From: Spirochaetales bacterium
Lineage (GTDB): Bacteria; Spirochaetota; Spirochaetia; JABEVK01
DNA: 18,664 bases
Reading direction: 5' to 3'
Assembly (NCBI GenBank): GCA_037142615.1
Contig: JBAXAI010000056.1
Span: 1 to 18,664 of the forward strand
Positions 8,503 through 16,206 of the stretch are shown here, piece after piece; the stretch's first letter is position 1, and every line of letters starts with the position of its first letter. The notes under the pieces were generated by a model, which was given only the letters and a program-made list of their open reading frames with translations, was not told where the DNA came from and made no database searches. The translations under genes were made by a program, and so were the position numbers.

Positions 8503-10506
8503 ATGAAACGACTGGTTTTGCTCACCCTGGCGGTGGGCCTGATGACCACCCTTACCGCGGCCGATCTGCGCCGGTTTGCCCTTTTTGTGGGTGCCGACAA
8601 CGGCGGATCCGGGCGCGTGGCGCTTCGTTATGCTGTCAGCGACGCCAAGGCCCTGCAGGGTGTTCTCACCGAACTTGGGGGCCTGGCCAGCTCAGATTCC
8701 TCGGTGCTCGGCAACCCCGACCGCAATGCGGTGCTGAAGTCGCTGGCTTCCTTCGGGCCGCGTGTCGCCCAGGGCAAGCTGGCCGGTTCCCGGGCCGAGT
8801 TCCTGTTTTATTACTCGGGCCACTCCGACGAAAACGGGCTTCTGCTGGGAAACACCCGCATCGGCTACGGCGAACTTCGCGACGCTCTGGCGGGGGTCGG
8901 GGCCGACGTGCGTTTGGCGGTGCTCGACTCGTGCGCGTCGGGGGCGTTCACCCGGCTCAAGGGCGGCACCAAGACCGCGCCGTTTTTGCAGGACGAGTCG
9001 TCGGTGCTCGAAGGCCACGCCTACCTCACCTCGTCGTCCGAAGACGAAGCGAGCCAGGAATCCGACAAGATCGGGGGCTCGTTTTTTACCCACTACCTCA
9101 TTTCGGGTCTGCGCGGTGCCGCCGACACGACAGGCGACGGCCGGGTGAGCCTCAACGAAGCCTACCGGCACGCCTTCGACGAAACCCTGGCGCGCACCGA
9201 AGACACCCAGGCGGGGCCCCAGCACCCTTCGTACGACATTCAGCTTTCGGGTACCGGCGACCTGGTTCTCACCGACCTGACGCAGAAGACCAGCCGCCTG
9301 GTGCTCGGCCCCGACGTCGCGGGCCAGGTGTTTGTGCGCACGCAGTCGGGCTCGCTCGTGGTCGAGGTCCGTAAGTCTGCCGGCGAGGCGTTGAGCCTCG
9401 CGGTTCCCGCTGGTGTTTACGAAGTCGCCTTGCAGGCTCCCGAAGGGTTTTCCCAGACCCGACGCGGCGTCGTCGCTGGTGAGGCGGCCAACGTGTCAGC
9501 GGCTGACTTCACTCTGGGCACCAAGCAGGCTACCCGTGTGCGGGGCTCCGCGTCGGGGGGGGCTGCGCCAACCGTGGTCGGGCAGGACTATCTGCGCCTC
9601 AACTTCGGCCTCACGCCAGGCCTCGAACTGTTCGACGCCAGCGACAAAACCACCGCCCTCAGTCTGCACGGCATCCTTTCTGTCACGGGCTATTCCCGCG
9701 TGTTGCAACTGGCGGGCGTCGGCAACCTTTCGCAGGGAAACGAAGGCCTGCAGGGTGCCGGGGTGTTCAACATCGTCAGCGGCGAGGTGCTCGGCGCGCA
9801 GTCCGCAGGGGTTTTCAACCTGAGCGGGCCCTTGCGCGGCGCTCAGTTGGGTGGGGTGTTCAACCAGGCCGAGTCGGTGTGGGGGTTGCAAGCGGCCGGG
9901 GTGCTCAACATCGCCGGCGACGTTTCGGGGCTCCAGACCGCCGGGGTCGTCAACATCGCCCGCAACGTGAAGGGCTTTCAGCTCGGGCTGGTCAACATCG
10001 CCAACCACGTCGACGGCATGGCTCTCGGCCTGGTCAACATCGCCGACAACAGCTACGGCAGCTTGGGCTTTGACTACGACGTGCGCGGCCAGCAGTGGAC
10101 AACCCTCGAATGGGGCGCAGGCACGCTGCACAACATTCTCATTGCCGCGCCGGGCACACAACTGGCCCTCGACGGACTCAAGGGCATCGGACTCGGGCTA
10201 GGCTGGGGCAAGGAAGTCCGCCTGGAAACCCAGGCCGTGGCGTTTTACACCTCGTCGGGCTGGAACTTCGAGTCAACCGCGGGCGCCCCGGTCGCCGTGA
10301 CCCCTGCCTTCCGCGCCGTGCTGAACGCCAAACTCGGCTTTCTGGGCGTACACGTCGGCTGGCTGGGCACGGCTGGCTTCCCGGGCTACACCGCCGACAC
10401 CACTCTTGTCGGCGGGCCCGATACCCTCGAAACCCAGGCCTTTACCCCCGGCTACACCTGGCTCATCACCGGCCGACCGTTCTTGGGGGCCTCGATCGGC
10501 TTTTGA
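8503..10506 (+). CDS. Exported caspase-family (peptidase C14, ortho/metacaspase) protein with repeat region and beta-rich C-terminus, 667 aa
   Basis: Signal peptide, RRFALFVGADNG, LRYAVSDA, catalytic His in YYSGHS (H107) and Cys in VLDSCASG (C144), then SQESDKIGGSFFTHYLISGLRGAAD..GDGRVSLNEAY..QHP. About eight G-x-Q-x-x-G-V-x-N repeats follow and the protein ends FLGASIGF. RBS AAGGAG. Confidence 0.88.
   Translation: MKRLVLLTLAVGLMTTLTAADLRRFALFVGADNGGSGRVALRYAVSDAKALQGVLTELGGLASSDSSVLGNPDRNAVLKSLASFGPRVAQGKLAGSRAEFLFYYSGHSDENGLLLGNTRIGYGELRDALAGVGADVRLAVLDSCASGAFTRLKGGTKTAPFLQDESSVLEGHAYLTSSSEDEASQESDKIGGSFFTHYLISGLRGAADTTGDGRVSLNEAYRHAFDETLARTEDTQAGPQHPSYDIQLSGTGDLVLTDLTQKTSRLVLGPDVAGQVFVRTQSGSLVVEVRKSAGEALSLAVPAGVYEVALQAPEGFSQTRRGVVAGEAANVSAADFTLGTKQATRVRGSASGGAAPTVVGQDYLRLNFGLTPGLELFDASDKTTALSLHGILSVTGYSRVLQLAGVGNLSQGNEGLQGAGVFNIVSGEVLGAQSAGVFNLSGPLRGAQLGGVFNQAESVWGLQAAGVLNIAGDVSGLQTAGVVNIARNVKGFQLGLVNIANHVDGMALGLVNIADNSYGSLGFDYDVRGQQWTTLEWGAGTLHNILIAAPGTQLALDGLKGIGLGLGWGKEVRLETQAVAFYTSSGWNFESTAGAPVAVTPAFRAVLNAKLGFLGVHVGWLGTAGFPGYTADTTLVGGPDTLETQAFTPGYTWLITGRPFLGASIGF
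9703..10047 (+). repeat. Intragenic ~14-16-aa tandem repeats (beta-solenoid-like; LA_2272-type surface repeat)
   Basis: LQLAGVGN, GLQGAGVFN, GAQSAGVFN, GAQLGGVFN, GLQAAGVLN, GLQTAGVVN, GFQLGLVN and GMALGLVN; recurring GTCAACATCGCC at DNA level. Confidence 0.85.
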
Positions 10507-10521
10507 CGGGGTCCGTGCCGC

Positions 10522-11943
10522 CTACTCGAGCCCCGGCAGGCGGAAGAACTCCTTGGCGTTGCTGTAGCAGATGCTCTTCACCAGGCCTCCGACCAGTTTT
10601 TCGTCGCCGGGCACGAGGCCCTCTTCCATCCAGCCGCCGACCAACCGGCACAGCACGCGGCGGAAGTACTCGTGGCGCGGAAAGCTCAAAAAACTGCGGC
10701 TGTCGGTGAGCATGCCCACGAACCGGCTCAAGAGGCCCTGGTTGGCTAGCGCCCGCAGTTGCAGGTCCATGCCATCGATGTGGTCGTTGAACCACCACGC
10801 CGACCCGAGCTGCACCTTGCCCGCGACCGAACCGTCCTGGAAGCACCCGATTACAGAGCCCAGCAGATCGTTTGCGGTCGGGTTGAGCGAATACAGAATG
10901 ACGCGGGGCAGGGCGCCCTCGCGGTCGAGGATTCCCAAAAAGGCCCCGAGGGCGAGGCCGACGGGAGCGTCGCTGATGGCGTCGTAGCCGGTGTCGGGCC
11001 CGAGTTTGGCAAACTGACCGGGGCTCAGGTTGCGCTGCGCCCCGATGTGCAGCTGCATGGTCCAGCCCTTGGCTGTGTTCAGGCGGCCCACCTCGAGCAG
11101 AAGGTCGGTTTGCAGGGCTTCGGCTTCGGCCGCCGTCACCGGAACACCCTTCAGGCACCGGTCAAAGGTAGTGTCGAGCTCGGCAGCGGTGGCAGACCTT
11201 GCGGGAGGGACCACCAGCGCGTGGTCAGTCAGGCGGCAACCCGCCTGGTGAAACGCCTCATGCCGGTGCCCCAGCGCAGCCTTGAGATGGGCACGCGTCG
11301 CAATGGTTATTCCCGCCGCCGCGCCCAATTTCTTCAGGTAGTCGGGCCACGTGGTCAATTGCACAGCCACCGCCTTGTCGGGCCGGAAGGTCGGCGCCAT
11401 GACTACCAGGTCCGTTGCTGCCGACTTGGACCCCTTGTGCCGCAAGTGATGCGCCAGGTCGTCGGCCGGGTCGTCGGTGGTGCACAGGGCCCTCACCTTC
11501 ATCTTGGCCAGCAGTTCCTGCGTCGAAAACCCGCCGCCGCGCAGTTGTTCGTTGGCGGCGTCGTAGATGCGGTCGGCGCTCGCCGGGTTCAGGGGCTCGG
11601 TGATGCCGAAGTACCGCTGCAGCTCCAGGTGCGTCCAGTGGTAGAGCGGGTTGCCCAGCAGGTGGGGCACGGTGGCGGCCCAGGCGCGGAAGCTCTCGCG
11701 GTCGGGCTTGCGCCCGGTGATCAGCGCCTCGGGAAGGCCGTTGGCCCGCATTTGCCGCCACTTGTAGTGGTCGCCGCCCAGCCACAGCTGCGCCAGGTCG
11801 GTGAACCTGGTGTTGTCGGCCACCTCGTTCGGCGGCAGGTGGTTGTGGTAGTCAAGGATGGGCTCGTTCTTGGCCCAAGCGTGAAACAGGCGCCGGGCCG
11901 GCTCGGTGGTCAGCAGAAAGTCTTCGTGCAGGAAAGGTTTCAT
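10522..11943 (-). CDS. uxaC: Glucuronate (uronate) isomerase, 473 aa
   Basis: Start ATG 11943 (MKPFLHEDFLL) overlaps the uxaE stop. Motifs PILDYHNHL, WLGGDHYKWRQMR, GNPLYHWTHLEL, CTTDDP, QLHIGA, GSAWWFND and GMLTDSRSFLSFPRHEYFRR. Confidence 0.96.
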   Translation of the reverse strand: MKPFLHEDFLLTTEPARRLFHAWAKNEPILDYHNHLPPNEVADNTRFTDLAQLWLGGDHYKWRQMRANGLPEALITGRKPDRESFRAWAATVPHLLGNPLYHWTHLELQRYFGITEPLNPASADRIYDAANEQLRGGGFSTQELLAKMKVRALCTTDDPADDLAHHLRHKGSKSAATDLVVMAPTFRPDKAVAVQLTTWPDYLKKLGAAAGITIATRAHLKAALGHRHEAFHQAGCRLTDHALVVPPARSATAAELDTTFDRCLKGVPVTAAEAEALQTDLLLEVGRLNTAKGWTMQLHIGAQRNLSPGQFAKLGPDTGYDAISDAPVGLALGAFLGILDREGALPRVILYSLNPTANDLLGSVIGCFQDGSVAGKVQLGSAWWFNDHIDGMDLQLRALANQGLLSRFVGMLTDSRSFLSFPRHEYFRRVLCRLVGGWMEEGLVPGDEKLVGGLVKSICYSNAKEFFRLPGLE

Positions 11944-13196
11944 CGCAGGTTCTCCAGAAACAACGGACGCATGTGCTTGTCGAAAAGATTGTCGGTGACG
12001 CGTTTGCCCACCACCGCCGCGTGTTTTTCGAGCGCGCCCAGGTAGCGAGGCCCCAGTTCGGCGGCCACCTTGTAGCCCACGTGGATCAGTTGGCGGAAGC
12101 TCGGGTTGAACGCCGGGTTCTTTTGGTCGTGGGCCAGCGCGGCCACGAACTGAGCCGCGTTCCATTTCCCTATCGTGTCGGGCGAGGGGAGCTTCTTGGG
12201 GTCGATGTCGATCACCGACGCGTACGGTGCGGCCAGCTCGTCGTAGCGGCCCAGCGCCCCCAGATAGATTTCCTTGGCGAGGGCCAAACCGTCGGCGCCG
12301 GCTTCGGCCAAACCGGTCACTTCCTCGAGCCAGGTCGTCCCCGCCGTCTTGATGTGCAAGCCCGCGTTGTGCTTCTTGACCGCGCGGCCGATGGGGCCGT
12401 ACAGGCTGAACTTGTCGCTGCCCGAGTGCACGCTGAGCTTCAGGTTGGCCGGCAGTCCGTGGGTCGCCACCGCGTGGGCAATCACCAGCAGGTCGTCGCC
12501 AAACTCCTTTTCGAACACCGCCAGGTTGCCCACAAAGTCGACGCCCTTGTTGAACCGGCCCGAGAACTTGGGCGCGATGGTCTGGATGGGAATGCCTTCA
12601 TCGGCGATGGCCGACAGGATGAACCACAACTCGAGAGGGGTTTGCGGCAGGTCGGTCTCGTCCATCGAGATTTCGGTGACAAAGTGGCCTTTGCCCTTGG
12701 CGGCCTCGATGCGCCGGTAGATTCGCCCGGCTTCCTGCACCGCGAACAGGTACTTGCCGGCGATGCGCTCGACGTCCGAACTCCCTAGCGAAAACGGTCG
12801 GTCGATGCCCGGCAGCTCGAGTTTGCCGGCCTTGAGGGCGTGGCGGGCCGCAAACGCGCCCAGCGAGGCCGGCTCGGCCGCTTTGCCGATAAAGTCGGCC
12901 ACATCGAGGGTGTAAAAGTCGCAGGCCGCCAAAAAACCATCCACGGTCTTCTGCCCGATGTGGTCGGCATCGCAATAATAGGGGTCACTCCAGCCGAGGG
13001 CCTTCACGGCGGCGTCGGCCTCGGCCCGGGTGGCGGCAGGCTCGCTGTGGATGATGCTGTGCTCGCGGAACGATTTGTTCCACACCGGGGCGATGGTCAC
13101 GCCCGCGGCTTTGGCGGCGACAAAGGCCTGCAACTGAGCGACGCCCTGGTGCGCGAACCGGTCGCCGATGCCCATCGAAAAACGGGGTAGGGTCAT
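11940..13196 (-). CDS. uxaE: Tagaturonate/fructuronate epimerase, 418 aa
   Basis: FSMGIGDRF, DADHI, EISMDET, IAPKFSGRFNKGVD, KLSVHSGSDKFS and HIKTAGTTWLE are UxaE family motifs. RBS AAGGAG; adjacent to uxaC. Confidence 0.9.
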   Translation of the reverse strand: MTLPRFSMGIGDRFAHQGVAQLQAFVAAKAAGVTIAPVWNKSFREHSIIHSEPAATRAEADAAVKALGWSDPYYCDADHIGQKTVDGFLAACDFYTLDVADFIGKAAEPASLGAFAARHALKAGKLELPGIDRPFSLGSSDVERIAGKYLFAVQEAGRIYRRIEAAKGKGHFVTEISMDETDLPQTPLELWFILSAIADEGIPIQTIAPKFSGRFNKGVDFVGNLAVFEKEFGDDLLVIAHAVATHGLPANLKLSVHSGSDKFSLYGPIGRAVKKHNAGLHIKTAGTTWLEEVTGLAEAGADGLALAKEIYLGALGRYDELAAPYASVIDIDPKKLPSPDTIGKWNAAQFVAALAHDQKNPAFNPSFRQLIHVGYKVAAELGPRYLGALEKHAAVVGKRVTDNLFDKHMRPLFLENLR

Positions 13197-13217
13197 AGTG
13201 AACTCCTTGAAACCAGA

Positions 13218-14075
13218 CTAGACGCCGCTAGAGGCGCTGAAGCCGCCGTCGACCGGCAGCACGATGCCCGTCACAAACCGCGACAGGTTCGAAAGCAAGA
13301 ACAACACCGCGCCTTGCAGCTCCTCCACCTCGCCGAAGCGGGCCATGGGAGTCCCCGCGACGATCTTGCGGGCCCGGGGCGACTTCTCGCCGGTTTTTTC
13401 ATCGAACATCAAAAAACGGTTCTGCTCGGTGAGAAAAAAGCCCGGTGCCAGCGCGTTGACGCGGATGCCCTGCGGCGCCAGGTGCACGGCCAGCCACAGC
13501 GTCAGGTTGTTTACCGCCGCCTTGGCCGCCGCGTAGCCTGCCACCTTGGTCAGCGGGCGAATCGAGGCCATCGACGACAGGTTGAGGATGACTCCGCCGC
13601 GCCCCACCATGTCTTGGCCAAACACCTGGGTGGGCAGCAGCGTGCCGGTGAAATTCAGCCGCATCACGTCGTCAAAGGCGTTCGGGTCCATGGCAAAAAA
13701 GCTGGACGCGAGGTCGCCGCCGGGCTGAAGCGTTTCGGCTGGAGCCGTGGCCGTTGGTTTGTTGCCCCCGGCACCGTTGATCAGCAGGTCGATGCGCCCC
13801 AGGCGCTCGTGGATCTCTGATCGAGCCGCCTCAAGGGCGGCTCGATCGAGCACATCGAAGCCCAGCCCGACGATGGTGCCCGCTCCCGGCACCCCTTTGA
13901 GTTCGGCGTTCAGCTTGTCGGCCAGCGCCTCGGCCTTCGCCCGGTCGCGCCCCGCGATGGCCAGCTTGACCCCGGCAGCGCCCAGCGCCCGGGCCAGCGC
14001 CACACCGATCACGCCGGTTCCCCCGGTCATCACGGCCACCTTGCCGCGCAAATCTGCAAAATCCAATGGGTTCAT
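13218..14075 (-). CDS. uxuB: SDR oxidoreductase, D-mannonate oxidoreductase/fructuronate reductase (UxuB-type), 285 aa
   Basis: Start ATG 14075 overlaps the LacI stop (ATGA). Motifs TGGTGVIG, LINGAGGN, LNFTGTLLPTQVF, SSMASIRPLTKVAGYAAAK (YxxxK), RVNALAPGFFLTEQNR and PVDGGFSA. Context is uxaE/uxaC. Confidence 0.82.
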   Translation of the reverse strand: MNPLDFADLRGKVAVMTGGTGVIGVALARALGAAGVKLAIAGRDRAKAEALADKLNAELKGVPGAGTIVGLGFDVLDRAALEAARSEIHERLGRIDLLINGAGGNKPTATAPAETLQPGGDLASSFFAMDPNAFDDVMRLNFTGTLLPTQVFGQDMVGRGGVILNLSSMASIRPLTKVAGYAAAKAAVNNLTLWLAVHLAPQGIRVNALAPGFFLTEQNRFLMFDEKTGEKSPRARKIVAGTPMARFGEVEELQGAVLFLLSNLSRFVTGIVLPVDGGFSASSGV

Positions 14076-15076
14076 AGTGTTCCTTTGTGGTCGTCGCCCG
14101 CCACATGGCTTTCCCGGGCCACAAACGCGGGCCGGAAACTTTCGTAGTGATCGTTGGCAAGGGTCGCACCGCTCATCCACGCTGACAGGTGTTCCTGCGC
14201 GCGCTCGCCCAAGCGGTGAAAGCCGATGTCCCAGGTGCTCAGCGCCGGCACGGTCTGCTCGGCGAACGGGAAATTGTCAAAGCCGATGACCTCAAGGTCG
14301 TCGGGCACCCGTACCCCGTTGCGCCGCAGAAAACTGAGCGCCGGAATGGCCACCTGGTCGGTACGGAAGAACATCGCGTCGAAGTCCTTCCAGCCGCCGC
14401 CTGCAGCCCGGGCCAGGAAATCTTCGGCCGAGTGGATGCCACCCCAGAACGACAGGTCGGGATGGTTCCAGTACCGGAAGGCCGGCCGCATGTCCCAGTC
14501 GTATTCGTACACCACGAGGATGCGTTTTCGTCCGCGGCGAAAAAAGTGCTCCATGCTGCTTTCGACGGCGTGCCCGCGGTCGATGTCGAGCGAAGGCACC
14601 ACGCCCCGCAACCGCGAACCGATGCCCAGAATCTTCAGGGTGGACTTTTCGACGGCCTGCCGCAGCGTCTGCTGACCTTCGTCGTGGCCAAACAGGTCGG
14701 TGAACAGCACGATACCGTCCTTGTACCGCTCGGCGTAGCCTTGCAGCGCGGCCACCGCCCGGTCGGGGTCAAAGCGGTGCTCGGCCAGCGCCACCTCGAA
14801 GCCCTGACCCGAGAACTGCTCGACGAACGGCACCAGAAAATCCTGTCGGGTGAAGGCGTCGATCTGGTCGACAATCAGGCCCACGCTGTGCGTTTTGCGG
14901 GTGCGCAGGCTGCTCGACAGGTAGTCCTTTTTGTAGCCCAGCCGCTCGGCCGTTTCGCGCACTTTTCGGCGCACCTCGAGCGACGCGAAGCTGGTGACGT
15001 TGTTGTTGAGGATGTTGCTGACCGAGCTGACCGCCAGACCGCATTCGCGGGCGATATCCTTGAGGGTGACTGCCAT
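14072..15076 (-). CDS. LacI-family transcriptional regulator of the hexuronate operon, 334 aa
   Basis: HTH VTLKDIARECGLAVSSVSNILN, hinge LGYKKDYLSSSLRTRKT, and C-terminal VPDDLEVIGFDN..PALST. Confidence 0.93.
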   Translation of the reverse strand: MAVTLKDIARECGLAVSSVSNILNNNVTSFASLEVRRKVRETAERLGYKKDYLSSSLRTRKTHSVGLIVDQIDAFTRQDFLVPFVEQFSGQGFEVALAEHRFDPDRAVAALQGYAERYKDGIVLFTDLFGHDEGQQTLRQAVEKSTLKILGIGSRLRGVVPSLDIDRGHAVESSMEHFFRRGRKRILVVYEYDWDMRPAFRYWNHPDLSFWGGIHSAEDFLARAAGGGWKDFDAMFFRTDQVAIPALSFLRRNGVRVPDDLEVIGFDNFPFAEQTVPALSTWDIGFHRLGERAQEHLSAWMSGATLANDHYESFRPAFVARESHVAGDDHKGTL

Positions 15077-15092
15077 AGAAATCGATATCTAT
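15075..15092. promoter_or_regulatory. LacI-type palindromic operator
   Basis: ATAGAAATCGATATCTAT is an 18-bp palindrome with one mismatched pair and a central CG. It lies between the -10 box and the LacI start codon. Confidence 0.75.
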
Positions 15093-15119
15093 CCTAAATC
15101 CACCCCGATTTTACGTCAA
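15091..15119 (-). promoter_or_regulatory. Sigma70 promoter for lacI-uxuB-uxaE-uxaC
   Basis: On the - strand: TTGACG (15119-15114), a 17-nt spacer, then TAGGAT (15096-15091). Confidence 0.75.
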
Positions 15120-15132
15120 TCCCTGCGCTCCG

Positions 15133-16206
15133 CTAATTCCTGCGTATCGACTTCCCTTCGCGCGCCGAACGGGTGAGCAGCGTCACCACCCGCAAGGCTT
15201 CCAGGCCGTCGGCGCCGCGTACCCCCCGCTTGGCCTCGACTCCGGCGCCACCCTCGGCGCGGCTGCATTCCACAAAGTGCCGCATCTCTTCGGCGTAGCC
15301 CAGGGTGTAGCGTTCGTCGACGGCTGGTCGCGACCAACCGGTGGTCACCTCGGCCTTTTCGACCGTGTAGGCAAACCCGGGTATCGAGTACGCGCTGATG
15401 GCCGAACTGGCGGTCAGGTCGATGTGGAGGCGGCCCTTTTCGCCGTAGATGTCGATCTGGTCTTCCATGCCGCCCACCGTCAGGTAATTCGCCTCGACCA
15501 GCGCCGTGGTGCCGTCCTCGAACCGCAGCAGACCCGCGGCCCAGTCTTCGCCCTCGAGCGCGTGGTGGCGCAGGTTGCCCGCCAGACCGCCCGAGCTCAT
15601 GGCGGTCAACTCGGTCCAAGGTTGATTTTTCAGCGCGAGCACAAACCCTATCGGGTGGATGCCCAGATGCAGCAGGCTGCCACCGCCGCAAAACTCCAGC
15701 GTTTGCGCGTAGGGCGAGTGCGAACCCGAGTGGCATTCGCGGGCCCGCACGTACAAGGGCCTCCCGAGGCCACCTTCGTTCACCAGATCGAGAGCCTTGA
15801 GAAGCGCCGGCGCGAACAGCCAGTCTTCGGCGTAGTACAGCCTTTTTCCGGTGCGTTCGGCGGCCGCGACCATGGCCTCGGCGTCTTCGAGCGTCGTCGC
15901 CAACGGTTTTTCGCACAGCACGTGCTTGCCGGCCTCAAACGCCGCCAGCGCTGCGGGTGCATGCAGGTAGTTGGGCAGGCAGATATCCACCAGATCGGCC
16001 CCGCTGTGGGCGATAGCTTCGCGGAAGTCCTGGTAGTGCTTCACCGCAGGCAGACGCCAGCGTACCGCCAGCCGCTGCGTCTTGGCCGGGTCGCGGGCGC
16101 AGAGCCCCACCACCTCGGCAAGGTCAGTCAGCCGCGAATAGGCGTCGAGGTGCAAGTCGGCGGCAAAGGCCCCGCCCAGCACAAGAATCTTCGTCTTGCG
16201 GTTCAT
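15133..16206 (-). CDS. Gfo/Idh/MocA-family oxidoreductase, 357 aa
   Basis: Rossmann ILVLGGAFAADLH, DLVDICLPNYLH, GKHVLCEKPLA and GGGSLLHLGIHPI. RBS AAGGAG. Confidence 0.92.
   Translation of the reverse strand: MNRKTKILVLGGAFAADLHLDAYSRLTDLAEVVGLCARDPAKTQRLAVRWRLPAVKHYQDFREAIAHSGADLVDICLPNYLHAPAALAAFEAGKHVLCEKPLATTLEDAEAMVAAAERTGKRLYYAEDWLFAPALLKALDLVNEGGLGRPLYVRARECHSGSHSPYAQTLEFCGGGSLLHLGIHPIGFVLALKNQPWTELTAMSSGGLAGNLRHHALEGEDWAAGLLRFEDGTTALVEANYLTVGGMEDQIDIYGEKGRLHIDLTASSAISAYSIPGFAYTVEKAEVTTGWSRPAVDERYTLGYAEEMRHFVECSRAEGGAGVEAKRGVRGADGLEALRVVTLLTRSAREGKSIRRN

Noticed and set aside
9703-10047. Periodic DNA repeats as a possible CRISPR array or DGR repeat
   Set aside because: Degenerate in-frame coding repeats with no identical repeat-spacer structure, and no cas or reverse transcriptase genes in the window.
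8503-10506. Caspase as a cytoplasmic anti-phage cell-death effector (gasdermin, CBASS or CRISPR-linked)
   Set aside because: It has a signal peptide, and no gasdermin, NLR, cyclase or cas partners are nearby; the context points to envelope signalling.
11944-12165. N-terminal extension of uxaC (and similarly 14076-14180 of the SDR, 7117-7269 of the sigma, 6597-6683 of the exported protein and 17242-17298 of URO-D)
   Set aside because: These extensions overlap upstream genes or promoter regions; downstream starts have RBSs or stop-start coupling and match family N-termini.
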